From Bryobacterales bacterium (GTDB lineage Bacteria; Acidobacteriota; Terriglobia; Bryobacterales; UBA6623): a stretch of DNA of 64,000 nucleotides. This document shows positions 20,587-29,025 of this stretch, piece by piece (position 1 is the stretch's first letter; each line of letters starts with the position of its first letter). The translations under genes were made by a program, and so were the position numbers. The notes under the pieces were generated by a model, which was not told the DNA's origin, made no database searches, and worked only from the letters and a program-made list of their open reading frames with translations. Where the stretch lies: NCBI GenBank assembly GCA_963422375.2, contig OY729427.2:896001-960000 (forward strand), in the 5' to 3' direction.

Positions 20587-23500
20587 CTAGAACTCCAGCC
20601 TGAGCGAGAGCTGGGACACGCGGCCGCCCGTGCCGCGGAGCGTGCTGGAGACCCTGCCGAATCCGCCGCGCCCCCGCCGCTCCTCGGGATTGGCGAACTG
20701 CGGATGGTTGGGGAGGTTGAAGAAATCGGCTCGGAACTGGACGCGCAACCGCTCGCTGAAATCGAACCACTTATGCACCGAGAAGTCGATGTTCGCGAGC
20801 CCCGGCCCGCAGCACAGCGAACTCGGGCTGCTGCCGAATACGCCCGTGCCCGGCGCCTCGAACAGGGCAGTGTCGAAGAACGTGTCGCCCTTGACGTTGC
20901 CGCGCCAGCCCGCCTTCTGGACCGGGTCGCCCAGGATGTTGGGACGCTGGCTCGCCGCGTAAGTGTTGCTGCGATTGGTGTTCTCGATGATGACGAAGGG
21001 CGAGCCGGTGCGGAACTCGCTGATGACGCCGATCCCCCATCCGCCGGCAATGGCGTCAAGCAGGCCTCCGCTGATGTCGAACTTGCGCCCCTTGCCGAAC
21101 GGCAGCTCGTACACCGAGCTGAGCGCCACCCGGTGCCGGATGTCGCTCCCGGAATACCCCCGGTCGAGATGGCGCAGTTCCTTGTGCTGCTCGCGGTTGC
21201 CCACGAACTCAGACAGCTCCGAGCCGGCCTCGACGTCGTCGAGGTACTTGGACCACGTGTAGTTCATGAGCAGGTTAAAACCGCCCGAGTAGCGCTTCTC
21301 GAGCTTCAGGTTCCCGGAGTGGTACACCGAGTTGCCCCAGTCCACGGACCGCTGGACCACGCCGTTGAATGTCGGGAACGGTCGCAGCTGCTGGGATTGC
21401 TTATCCGGCCCGCGTCCGTTGACGAGCGGAATCTGATTCCAGTTCGTATTGGCGCCGCCCAGCCGATGGCCCACGTTCGCGATGTAGGCCACCTCGACGA
21501 GGTAGTTGTTCGGGAGCTGCTGCTGGATGCCGAAGTTCCATTGCTGGGCCATCGCGCTGCGGTGTCCCTGGCGGAAGAACTGGGGCGAGATCTTGGGACG
21601 CTCTCCGAAGCGAACCGAGCCGAATCCGGGCCCGAGGTCCGCCGCCGCCGTGGCCGGCATGCCTTGGGACAGGGAGAACGCACGGGTGATTCCACCGTCC
21701 GGGGAAGTGAAGTTGCCCTGCGTGCTGAATCCCAGGGAGAACGCGTTCGGCACGGCGCCCCGGTACGCCCCGTAGTAGTTGATGCCGTACCCTCCGCGCA
21801 CGACCGTGGCATCGGTGATCCGATAGGCGAGGCCGAAGCGCGGGCCGAGGGCTCCGTAGTAGGTGTCGTGCGAGTACTTGCCGAGACCGTCCCGTCCGAA
21901 GAACGTCACCGTTCCCGGCAGGCCGGAAACCGGATTGGTCGCATGCCAGTCGAAGCCGTTCAGGCGGTTGTTGCGGTCCCACAGGGGCGTGTCCACCTCG
22001 TAGCGGAGACCCAGGTTCAGGGTCAGCTTCGAGGCGACTCGCCAGTCGTCCTGGACGAAGACGCCGAAGTAGTCCGTCCTGCGGTCCAGTATCTCGGCAT
22101 CGTTGATGTCCCCCGAGCTGACGTGCCCGAGGAGCAGCTCGGCCGTGCCGACCCCGGTGGCGCGGTTCCCGAACACGAACTGGCCGCCGGTGCGGTTGTT
22201 CTGGTCGTCGATGTTCCGCGAGTAGCGCCAGTTGAATCCGTACTTGATCTGGTGGGAGCCGCGAATCAGCGTCTGGTTCTGGTTGACCTCGATGGTCCTG
22301 ATCGGAGTCTGGAGCCGCTCCTGGTTCGCGGGAACCAGCGGCGTCAGCCCGTTGACGTTGATTCGGGCGAACGATTCCGGGTTGACCCCTCCGATACCGT
22401 ACTCGCCGTTCTTGCCGGAGTTGCGGGCCGCAGAGCGGTTGATGTGGAGCCGGTCGCCCCAATTGAAGCGAAACTCGTTGATCATCGTCGGCGAGAAGTT
22501 GTGAATCCAGTTAACCGTCGTGTTGTGGTGACGATTCTTCCGAATTCCCGCACGCGGGTCGGCGAAGTCGTGCGGGTAGACCCCCGGGATGTTCTGCGGA
22601 GCCGTCACGTGCATGAACCTGACCGAGACGCGATCCGCCTCGGACACGTTGTGGTCCCACTTGGCGGTGTAGTAGTTCTGGTCCAAGCCGTTCGACGCGT
22701 TGTTGACGTAGTTGTTGGCCGGCTTCGACGCGACGTCCCCGGGCACGTTCGGATCCGGGTACAGCTGGATAAGTTGAGCGGCGATCGGATCGATTCTGCT
22801 TGGCGGAATGACGTTGTTGGGAAACACGCCGCCCGTCGGATCCTTCAGCGACAGCCCGGCGCGCTGGGAGAAATCCCCCGACTTCTCGATGACGTGGGGA
22901 ACATCGTCCCCGGAGTAGGTGACGCCGTCGCGCCGTCGCGCTCCCTCGTAATTGAAGAAGAAAAACGACTTGTTCTTCCTGACCGGCCCGCCCAGCGAGC
23001 CGCCGAAGATGTTGTAGCGCAGCGGCGCCGTCTCCTTGGCGAAGAAGGACCGGGCGTCCATCGCGTTGTTGCGGAAGAACTCGTACACGGCCCCGTGGAA
23101 GTCGTTGGTTCCGCCACGCGTCGTCATCAGGATGAAGCCGCCCCCGGCTCGGCCGAACTCGGCGGAGTAGTTGTTCACTTCTGCCTTGAACTCCTGCAGG
23201 GACTCGGCGGGCGGGTTCAGCCCCAGCTGCTGCGTCCCGATGGCCATGTTCTGGACCACTGAGCCGTCAAGCGTCCACATCTGATTCTGGGAGCGCCCGC
23301 CCGCCATCGAGAACTTCGGGATCTGCTCGCCGCCGTCCTCGGAGCGGAACGAGATATTCCCGAGGAGCCGGACCAGCGAGGCGCTGCGCCGGCTGATCAC
23401 CGGCATGTTGAACACCGTCTCCCGTTCGATGAACTGGCCGACCGAGGACGTAGCCGCTTCGAGCTGCGGCGTCGTAGCCTCGACGGTGATCACCTCGGTG

Positions 23501-23853
23501 AGCTCTCCGATCTCCATCTGGACGTTCACCGTGCGCGTGGTTCCCGTCTCGAGCGCGACCCCGGTTTGGTTCGAGGTCTTGAACCCGTCGACCTCCGCCT
23601 GCAGCGTGTACACGCCCGGCGCTACGTACGGGAACACGTACACCCCGGACTCGTTGCTCTCGGCGGTCGTCGCCACACCCGTGTCGACGTTGCTCAACGT
23701 CATCCTGGCGCCCGGGATGGCTGCGCCGGTCGTGTCGGTCACCGATCCGCCGAGGCGACTCTGGTCCTGAGACCAAGCGGAGATCCCCGCCAATCCGAGA
23801 GCGCAGGCGACAATGCCGAGGCGCCTCGCCGCAACTAGGTATCTGTGTGCCAT
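20587..23853 (-). CDS. TonB-dependent receptor, Oar-like, with N-terminal carboxypeptidase-regulatory-like domain
   Basis: GSVTDTTGAAIPGA N-domain, NNYSAEFGRAGG, FVQDDWRV..KLTLNLGLRYE, C-terminal QLSLRLEF; ATG 23853 preceded by GGAAGG. Confidence 0.92.
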   Translation of the reverse strand: MAHRYLVAARRLGIVACALGLAGISAWSQDQSRLGGSVTDTTGAAIPGARMTLSNVDTGVATTAESNESGVYVFPYVAPGVYTLQAEVDGFKTSNQTGVALETGTTRTVNVQMEIGELTEVITVEATTPQLEAATSSVGQFIERETVFNMPVISRRSASLVRLLGNISFRSEDGGEQIPKFSMAGGRSQNQMWTLDGSVVQNMAIGTQQLGLNPPAESLQEFKAEVNNYSAEFGRAGGGFILMTTRGGTNDFHGAVYEFFRNNAMDARSFFAKETAPLRYNIFGGSLGGPVRKNKSFFFFNYEGARRRDGVTYSGDDVPHVIEKSGDFSQRAGLSLKDPTGGVFPNNVIPPSRIDPIAAQLIQLYPDPNVPGDVASKPANNYVNNASNGLDQNYYTAKWDHNVSEADRVSVRFMHVTAPQNIPGVYPHDFADPRAGIRKNRHHNTTVNWIHNFSPTMINEFRFNWGDRLHINRSAARNSGKNGEYGIGGVNPESFARINVNGLTPLVPANQERLQTPIRTIEVNQNQTLIRGSHQIKYGFNWRYSRNIDDQNNRTGGQFVFGNRATGVGTAELLLGHVSSGDINDAEILDRRTDYFGVFVQDDWRVASKLTLNLGLRYEVDTPLWDRNNRLNGFDWHATNPVSGLPGTVTFFGRDGLGKYSHDTYYGALGPRFGLAYRITDATVVRGGYGINYYGAYRGAVPNAFSLGFSTQGNFTSPDGGITRAFSLSQGMPATAAADLGPGFGSVRFGERPKISPQFFRQGHRSAMAQQWNFGIQQQLPNNYLVEVAYIANVGHRLGGANTNWNQIPLVNGRGPDKQSQQLRPFPTFNGVVQRSVDWGNSVYHSGNLKLEKRYSGGFNLLMNYTWSKYLDDVEAGSELSEFVGNREQHKELRHLDRGYSGSDIRHRVALSSVYELPFGKGRKFDISGGLLDAIAGGWGIGVISEFRTGSPFVIIENTNRSNTYAASQRPNILGDPVQKAGWRGNVKGDTFFDTALFEAPGTGVFGSSPSSLCCGPGLANIDFSVHKWFDFSERLRVQFRADFFNLPNHPQFANPEERRGRGGFGRVSSTLRGTGGRVSQLSLRLEF

Positions 23854-24181
23854 GTAATGCCCTTCCACGAATCGCGATTGCCGGGCAACCCCTCGCCCGG
23901 GAAACGCGCAACTTACATTCTAGACGACTCGTAACGCCTGAAGCCTTCCCGCGGGAACGCTCCGCCATGCGCCGCTCGGCCGACGGCTTCAGGCAGACCT
24001 GAGCGGCACCGTCAATCCCAGCATCCAGCCGCCCCGGCGCTCGCGGCGGAACGCCCGGACCGCCGCAAGCGGCCAAGGGACGCGCCGACCCGCGGCCTGC
24101 GGGCATCCACCCGAGCCGACCGAGACCGCTCCGCGGGCGGCGGGCAGCCCGGCGCAGCGCGGGACCGAGACCGAGAGGCCC

Positions 24182-27100
24182 TCAGGAATCCAAGGTGAAC
24201 CTCTCGGGATGCATCGAGGAGTCGCCCCGCACCAGAATGTTGGCGCCGACGGTCGCCTCCAAGTCCTCGAGGTGCGAGTTGCCCTTGCTCTTGAGGGACT
24301 TCGCGACCTCGGGATGGACCCGTAGTGTCAACTCTCGCGAGTCCCCGCCGCCCGGACTGTTCCGGCGCGCGGCGATGCGGTCCGCCGCGGAGAAGATCTC
24401 CGACAGCACGGTGGCCGACGACTTCACGCTGCCGGCGCCGCTGCAGGCCGGGCAGGGGATGCACAGGGCCCGCTCCAGGGACTGCCTCATCGCCTTCCGC
24501 GTGATGACCACCAGCCCGAAGTCGTTGAACGGCAGCAGCCTGCTCGGGGAACTCATCTTCTTCAGCGCTTCCTGGAGCACTTGATGCACGCTCTGGCGGT
24601 TCTTGCGGTCTTCCATGTCAATGAAGTCGATCACGATGATCCCGCCGAGGTCGCGCAGCCGCACCTGCCGCACGATCTCTTCGGCGGCCTCGAGGTTCGT
24701 CTTCAGCACCGTGTCCTCGAGCCTGTTGGACTTGCCGACGTACTTGCCCGTGTTCACGTCGATCGCGACCAGCGCCTCGGTCTGATTGATCACGATGTAC
24801 CCGCCGGACGGCAGCCGGACCTTGGGATTGAGCGCGTCCTCTAGGCTCTTGGAGATCCCGAACTGGTCGTACATGGGCTGCGGGCGGGTATAGAGCTTGA
24901 CACGCCCCGCCATCTCGGGCTGGAATCGATGCGCGAATCGCATGATGCGCTCGAACTCGTCCTCGGAGTCGACCCACACGGTCTTGTAGCTCTGGCCGAG
25001 GTTGTCCCGGAGCACGCGCTCGACGATGCCGAGGTCGCTGTGCAGCTTGGCTGGGGCCCTGCGCTTCGAGGCCTTCCCCTGGAGATCCTCCCAGAGCTTC
25101 TGCAGGAATTTCAGGTCGGCCACCAGGTCCTGCTCGCTGACGTTGCGGGCGGCGCTGCGGACCACGAACCCTCCGGGCTTGCCGTCGGAATGCGCGTCGA
25201 CAATCTTTCGTAGGCGGATCCGCTCCGACTCGGGCTGGATCTTGCGAGAGACGCCGTGGTGCTTGGCGGTGGTCATGTAGACCATGTAGCGCCCGGGCAG
25301 CGAGACGTGCGCGGTGACCCGCGCGCCCTTGGCCCCGACGGGCTCCTTGTTGACCTGGACGATCACCTCCTGCCCGCTCTTGAGCAGGTCGTCGATGTTG
25401 GCTTGGGGGCCCGGTTGCTTGTCCCGCTGCGGGGCGCCGGCGCGCCGGCCTCCCAAGCTCCGGGTGCCCGTCTTGCGCCGTCCTTCTTGGGGGCGCTTCG
25501 GGTGGGCCGCCTTCGCGTCGACCTTCGCCTTCTTGACGGGCGCTTCCCTCGGCAGCCCGGGTATGGGCCGCACGTCCGCCCGGGGGCTCGTCTTCCGGCG
25601 CGCCCCGCCCTTGGGTGCATCCGCCGGCCGTCGCGGCTCGCGGGCGGTCGGCGGCTCCGGCCGCGGAGCGCTCTCGCTGCCTCGCCCTACCTTGCTCTTC
25701 AGCCAGTTGACCAGATCGATCCGCAGCTCGGCGACCGCCGAGGGCGCCTCGACGGAGGCGCTGCGCCTAGGAGGTTCCGGAGACGCCGCGAGGGAGTCGC
25801 CGGAATCGGGACCCTCGGACGGATCCGGCGCGGCGGCCGGCTCGCTCGCCGGAATCGCTCCAGCTCCCTCGTCCCGCACCGCTGCAGGCCCAGAGGCGCC
25901 GTCTGCCGTTCCGGCTGCGGGCGTGTCGCTCTCGCCCGCCGGACCTTCCGAGGCGCCCGCCGGCTCCGGAACGCCGTCCCCGCGTTCGCCTGCCGGCTTG
26001 CTCGCGCCGTACCTCGCGATCGACTCGCCCGGCAGGACCTGGCCTGCTAACTCTTCCGCGACCGCTTTGGACGCGCCGTCGTCGGTCCGGCCGACCGCCT
26101 CGCCAGCCGCCGGCGCCTCGGCACCGCCCGTCTGGTGGGGCGACTCGTCGCGAGCAGGTCCGGCTGCCGCGACGTCCCCGGCCGCAGCGGCTTCGGATTC
26201 CCGCGGCTCCGCCGCGACGCGGGCATCGGCCCGGTAGCGGGCGGCACGCTCCCGGAGGCCTTCCCAGGGCCCTCGCAAGAAGGCGATTCTCGAGCGGATC
26301 GACTCTAGGTCGGCCACCAGCTCCTCCTCGCCGATTCCGCGAGCTCCGGACAGCGCTTCGAAGCCGCCGACCACGCCTTGGGCGTGGCTGTCGACGATCT
26401 TCTTGAGCCGCTTCCGCTCCGATTCGCGCTGAATCCTGCGCGAGCAGCTGTTCTTCTTCGCGGACGCTCGGTAGAGGAGATAGCGGGCCCCCAGCCTCAA
26501 GTCGGCCAGGGCGGGATCCTGCGCCCCGGGGGCGGGACCGGACCCGGCCGGAGCCTCGCCCTCTTCCCCTGCTCCAGCGGCGGAGTATGGCACGGCGGCT
26601 TCCGTCCCGCCCTCGGGCCCGTAGCGCGCTGCGTGCTGCTGAAACTCCTCGCAGAGGCCGCGCAGGAATTCCATCTCGGAAACAAGGTCCCCCTCGGCCA
26701 CGCCCGCGGCGGAGTTCAGCACCTCGAAGCCCCCGTCCTTGCCGCCCGCGTGGAGATCGACCAGTCTCTTCAGTCGCTTCCGCTCCGCCGTGGGCTGAAT
26801 GGACTTGGTGACTCCGTTGAAGGAAGCGTTCGTTCGGTAGGTCGCGAAGCGGCCGACCACGATGAGATTGGCGGACACCACACCCGGCCCGGAATCGTCC
26901 GACGCGCCGTGGGAGGCGGGAGCGTCGGCTTGCTCGCCCGCTCTCCCTCGAGCGGTGTCCGCAGGCGCGACGCGACCGAGATCGTCGGTCGGGCTCCGCT
27001 TGGGGTGGGCGTCGGCTGGAGCCGCGGCTTCTTCGGCGGCGGCCACAGCTCCCGGGCGGTCGCGGCTGTGGTCCTGGCCGGGGGCCGCGTCGCGATACTT

Positions 27101-27625
27101 GGCGATCGACTCGCCCGGGATCACGTCGAAGCGCCCGTCATCGTCGCCGTCCGCCTCGGAGGGCTCCGGGTCGTCCGCGCCGAACCCCTCGCGCCCGGCC
27201 GCGTCGGCCGGGCGTCGCCGCCGCCGACGACCGCGGGCCTGGCCGGGAAGATCGTCCGCGCCGCGGGCCGCTTCCTCCGCCTGCCGCTCGTCCTCGCCCG
27301 GCTCGGACGGCTCGTCGGCGCTCGCGGCCACTTGGAGGGACTGGGCCAGTTCCGCCTCGATGGGACCGGCGTCCAGGTCGCCGTCGTCCCCGGCGGCGGG
27401 GTCGAGCACGTCCGTCACGTACAGGAACGCGTCGCGTGCCAGCCCTAGGTTGACGAACGCGGACTGCATTCCCGGCAGGACGCGCGTCACGCGGCCCTTG
27501 AAGATGCTTCCGACGAGAGCCCTCCGCTCTCTGTGCTCTACGCAGATCTCGACGAGGCGATCATCCTGCAAGATCGCCACAGTCGTCTCGATCGGATTCG
27601 ATGAGATGACCAGTTCTTGGGACAT
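24182..27625 (-). CDS. rne: Rne/Rng family ribonuclease (RNase E/G) with a ~2-kb insertion in the S1 domain
   Basis: GSIFKGRVTRVLPGMQSAFV..., VQVNKEPVGAKGARVT, IDVNTG and IDFIDM catalytic motifs, CPAC Zn-link; follows rodA. Confidence 0.92.
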   Translation of the reverse strand: MSQELVISSNPIETTVAILQDDRLVEICVEHRERRALVGSIFKGRVTRVLPGMQSAFVNLGLARDAFLYVTDVLDPAAGDDGDLDAGPIEAELAQSLQVAASADEPSEPGEDERQAEEAARGADDLPGQARGRRRRRRPADAAGREGFGADDPEPSEADGDDDGRFDVIPGESIAKYRDAAPGQDHSRDRPGAVAAAEEAAAPADAHPKRSPTDDLGRVAPADTARGRAGEQADAPASHGASDDSGPGVVSANLIVVGRFATYRTNASFNGVTKSIQPTAERKRLKRLVDLHAGGKDGGFEVLNSAAGVAEGDLVSEMEFLRGLCEEFQQHAARYGPEGGTEAAVPYSAAGAGEEGEAPAGSGPAPGAQDPALADLRLGARYLLYRASAKKNSCSRRIQRESERKRLKKIVDSHAQGVVGGFEALSGARGIGEEELVADLESIRSRIAFLRGPWEGLRERAARYRADARVAAEPRESEAAAAGDVAAAGPARDESPHQTGGAEAPAAGEAVGRTDDGASKAVAEELAGQVLPGESIARYGASKPAGERGDGVPEPAGASEGPAGESDTPAAGTADGASGPAAVRDEGAGAIPASEPAAAPDPSEGPDSGDSLAASPEPPRRSASVEAPSAVAELRIDLVNWLKSKVGRGSESAPRPEPPTAREPRRPADAPKGGARRKTSPRADVRPIPGLPREAPVKKAKVDAKAAHPKRPQEGRRKTGTRSLGGRRAGAPQRDKQPGPQANIDDLLKSGQEVIVQVNKEPVGAKGARVTAHVSLPGRYMVYMTTAKHHGVSRKIQPESERIRLRKIVDAHSDGKPGGFVVRSAARNVSEQDLVADLKFLQKLWEDLQGKASKRRAPAKLHSDLGIVERVLRDNLGQSYKTVWVDSEDEFERIMRFAHRFQPEMAGRVKLYTRPQPMYDQFGISKSLEDALNPKVRLPSGGYIVINQTEALVAIDVNTGKYVGKSNRLEDTVLKTNLEAAEEIVRQVRLRDLGGIIVIDFIDMEDRKNRQSVHQVLQEALKKMSSPSRLLPFNDFGLVVITRKAMRQSLERALCIPCPACSGAGSVKSSATVLSEIFSAADRIAARRNSPGGGDSRELTLRVHPEVAKSLKSKGNSHLEDLEATVGANILVRGDSSMHPERFTLDS
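26234..26510 (-). repeat. Extra copy 2 of the RNase E 5'-sensor subdomain, within rne
   Basis: LGARYLLYRASAKKNSCSRRIQRESERKRLKKIVDSHAQGVVGGFEALSGARGIGEEELVADLE..FLRGPWEGL aligns with the native copy. Confidence 0.85.
26622..26875 (-). repeat. Extra copy 1 of the RNase E 5'-sensor subdomain, within rne
   Basis: VVGRFATYRTNASFNGVTKSIQPTAERKRLKRLVDLHAGGKDGGFEVLNSAAGVAEGDLVSEMEFLRGLCEEF aligns by eye with the native LPGRYMVYMTTAKHHGVSRKIQPESERIRLRKIVDAHSDGKPGGFVVRSAARNVSEQDLVADLKFLQKLWEDL (~25060-25312). Confidence 0.85.
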
Positions 27626-27915
27626 GGGATTGTCCGGGGAAGCTCGGCTCCGTGCCGTGCGCCGCTTCGAATGTCGTCGGGAATCTACAGTTCATGCTCC
27701 TCCCATTCGGACGAACCGGCTTGACTGCTGCCTCGCGACCGTTCGGGGCCGGCCCGGAAGCGCCGTGTTTCCCGGCAGCGAGCGGAGCGCCTAGCGGGGC
27801 TGGCACGCTCGAGCAGGCCGGGGCGCAACCGGAGACCGGGCCCTCGGGTCGAGTACTTCCTTGCTACCCTTTCTTTCTTGGAGCCAGCGACGCTGCCTGC
27901 ACCGGCGATTGAAGT

Positions 27916-29025
27916 TCAGTTCACGAAGCGGCGGAGCCGCACGTTGTTGACCAAGCCAAGCATCACCAGGCAAGTCAGCAAGTTGGATCCGCCGTAACTC
28001 ATCAGAGGCAACGGCAGGCCGGTGACCGGCAGCTTGTTGGCCACCATCCCGACGTTGACCAGAATGTGAAACAGCAGCAGGGCCGCCACGCACATGGCGA
28101 TGATCGATCCTTCGGCGTCCGCGGCCGACTGGCCGGTCTGCACGATCCGCATTAGCAGCAGGTAGTACAGGGCCAGCAGCAGCGTGATGCCGAAGAAGCC
28201 GCGCTCCTCGGCGAACGCCGCGAATATGAAGTCGGTGTGCGGTGTCGGCAGGAATCGCAGCTGCGTCTGCGACCCCTGCACGAAGCCCTGGCCCCAGATG
28301 CCGCCCGCCCCGACCGCGATCTTCGACTGCAGGATCTGGTACCCGAGGCTGCGGGGCGATTCCTCCGGATCGAGGAAGCCCGTGATGCGGGCCTTCTGGT
28401 ACGGCTTGAGCATGGACCACCCGATCGGCACCAGCAAGACGGCGACCAAGCCGACTATAACGAAGTGCTTCTGGGGAATCGAGGTCAGGTACAGCCCCAT
28501 CGCGAGGATCGGCACGGTGCTCAGCGCGGTGCTCAGGTCCGGCTGAAGCACCACGACCCCGAACGGCGCGAAGAACAGCACTGCGATGACCGCGTAGTCG
28601 AAGAAGCCCGACATCTTGGTCGAGAGCTTGGCGCAGTACTTCGCTACCACCAAGATTAGCACCACCTTCATGAACTCGGACACCTGCACCGAGAACCCGA
28701 ACGGTGTCGGGAGCCAGCGGCGGGCGCCGTTGATGGGATCCGTGAAGGCGAGCACTGCCAGCAGGGCCAGCAAGCCGGCCAGCCACAGGACGGGCGAGGC
28801 CCAGACGCTGAAATGGTAGTCGACCGAGGACGCGAACCAGAACAGCCCGGCGCCGATCGCCAGCCACATGAGATGGTCCGTGTGAACGCCTTGGAACTTG
28901 GTGTTCAGGGTGGCGCTGTAGACTTGGACCACGCCGACGACGCAGATCAGGAAGACCAGCCCCGCCATGATCCAGTCGAAATCGCGGAAGAAGTTTCCGC
29001 CCGAGGCCGCCGAGCGCACGGTCAC
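27916..29025 (-). CDS. rodA: Rod shape-determining SEDS glycosyltransferase RodA
   Basis: GARRWL, QVSEFMK, QPDL.TA, GYQILQSKIAVGAGG, PTPHTDFIF, PVTGLPLPLMSYGGS; GTG 29025 overlaps the mrdA stop. Confidence 0.93.
   Translation of the reverse strand: MTVRSAASGGNFFRDFDWIMAGLVFLICVVGVVQVYSATLNTKFQGVHTDHLMWLAIGAGLFWFASSVDYHFSVWASPVLWLAGLLALLAVLAFTDPINGARRWLPTPFGFSVQVSEFMKVVLILVVAKYCAKLSTKMSGFFDYAVIAVLFFAPFGVVVLQPDLSTALSTVPILAMGLYLTSIPQKHFVIVGLVAVLLVPIGWSMLKPYQKARITGFLDPEESPRSLGYQILQSKIAVGAGGIWGQGFVQGSQTQLRFLPTPHTDFIFAAFAEERGFFGITLLLALYYLLLMRIVQTGQSAADAEGSIIAMCVAALLLFHILVNVGMVANKLPVTGLPLPLMSYGGSNLLTCLVMLGLVNNVRLRRFVN

Noticed and set aside
20503..23262. 919-aa ORF on the + strand opposite the TonB receptor
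   Set aside because: Antisense shadow ORF typical of high-GC coding DNA; no motifs. The same applies to most other overlapping ORFs in the track.
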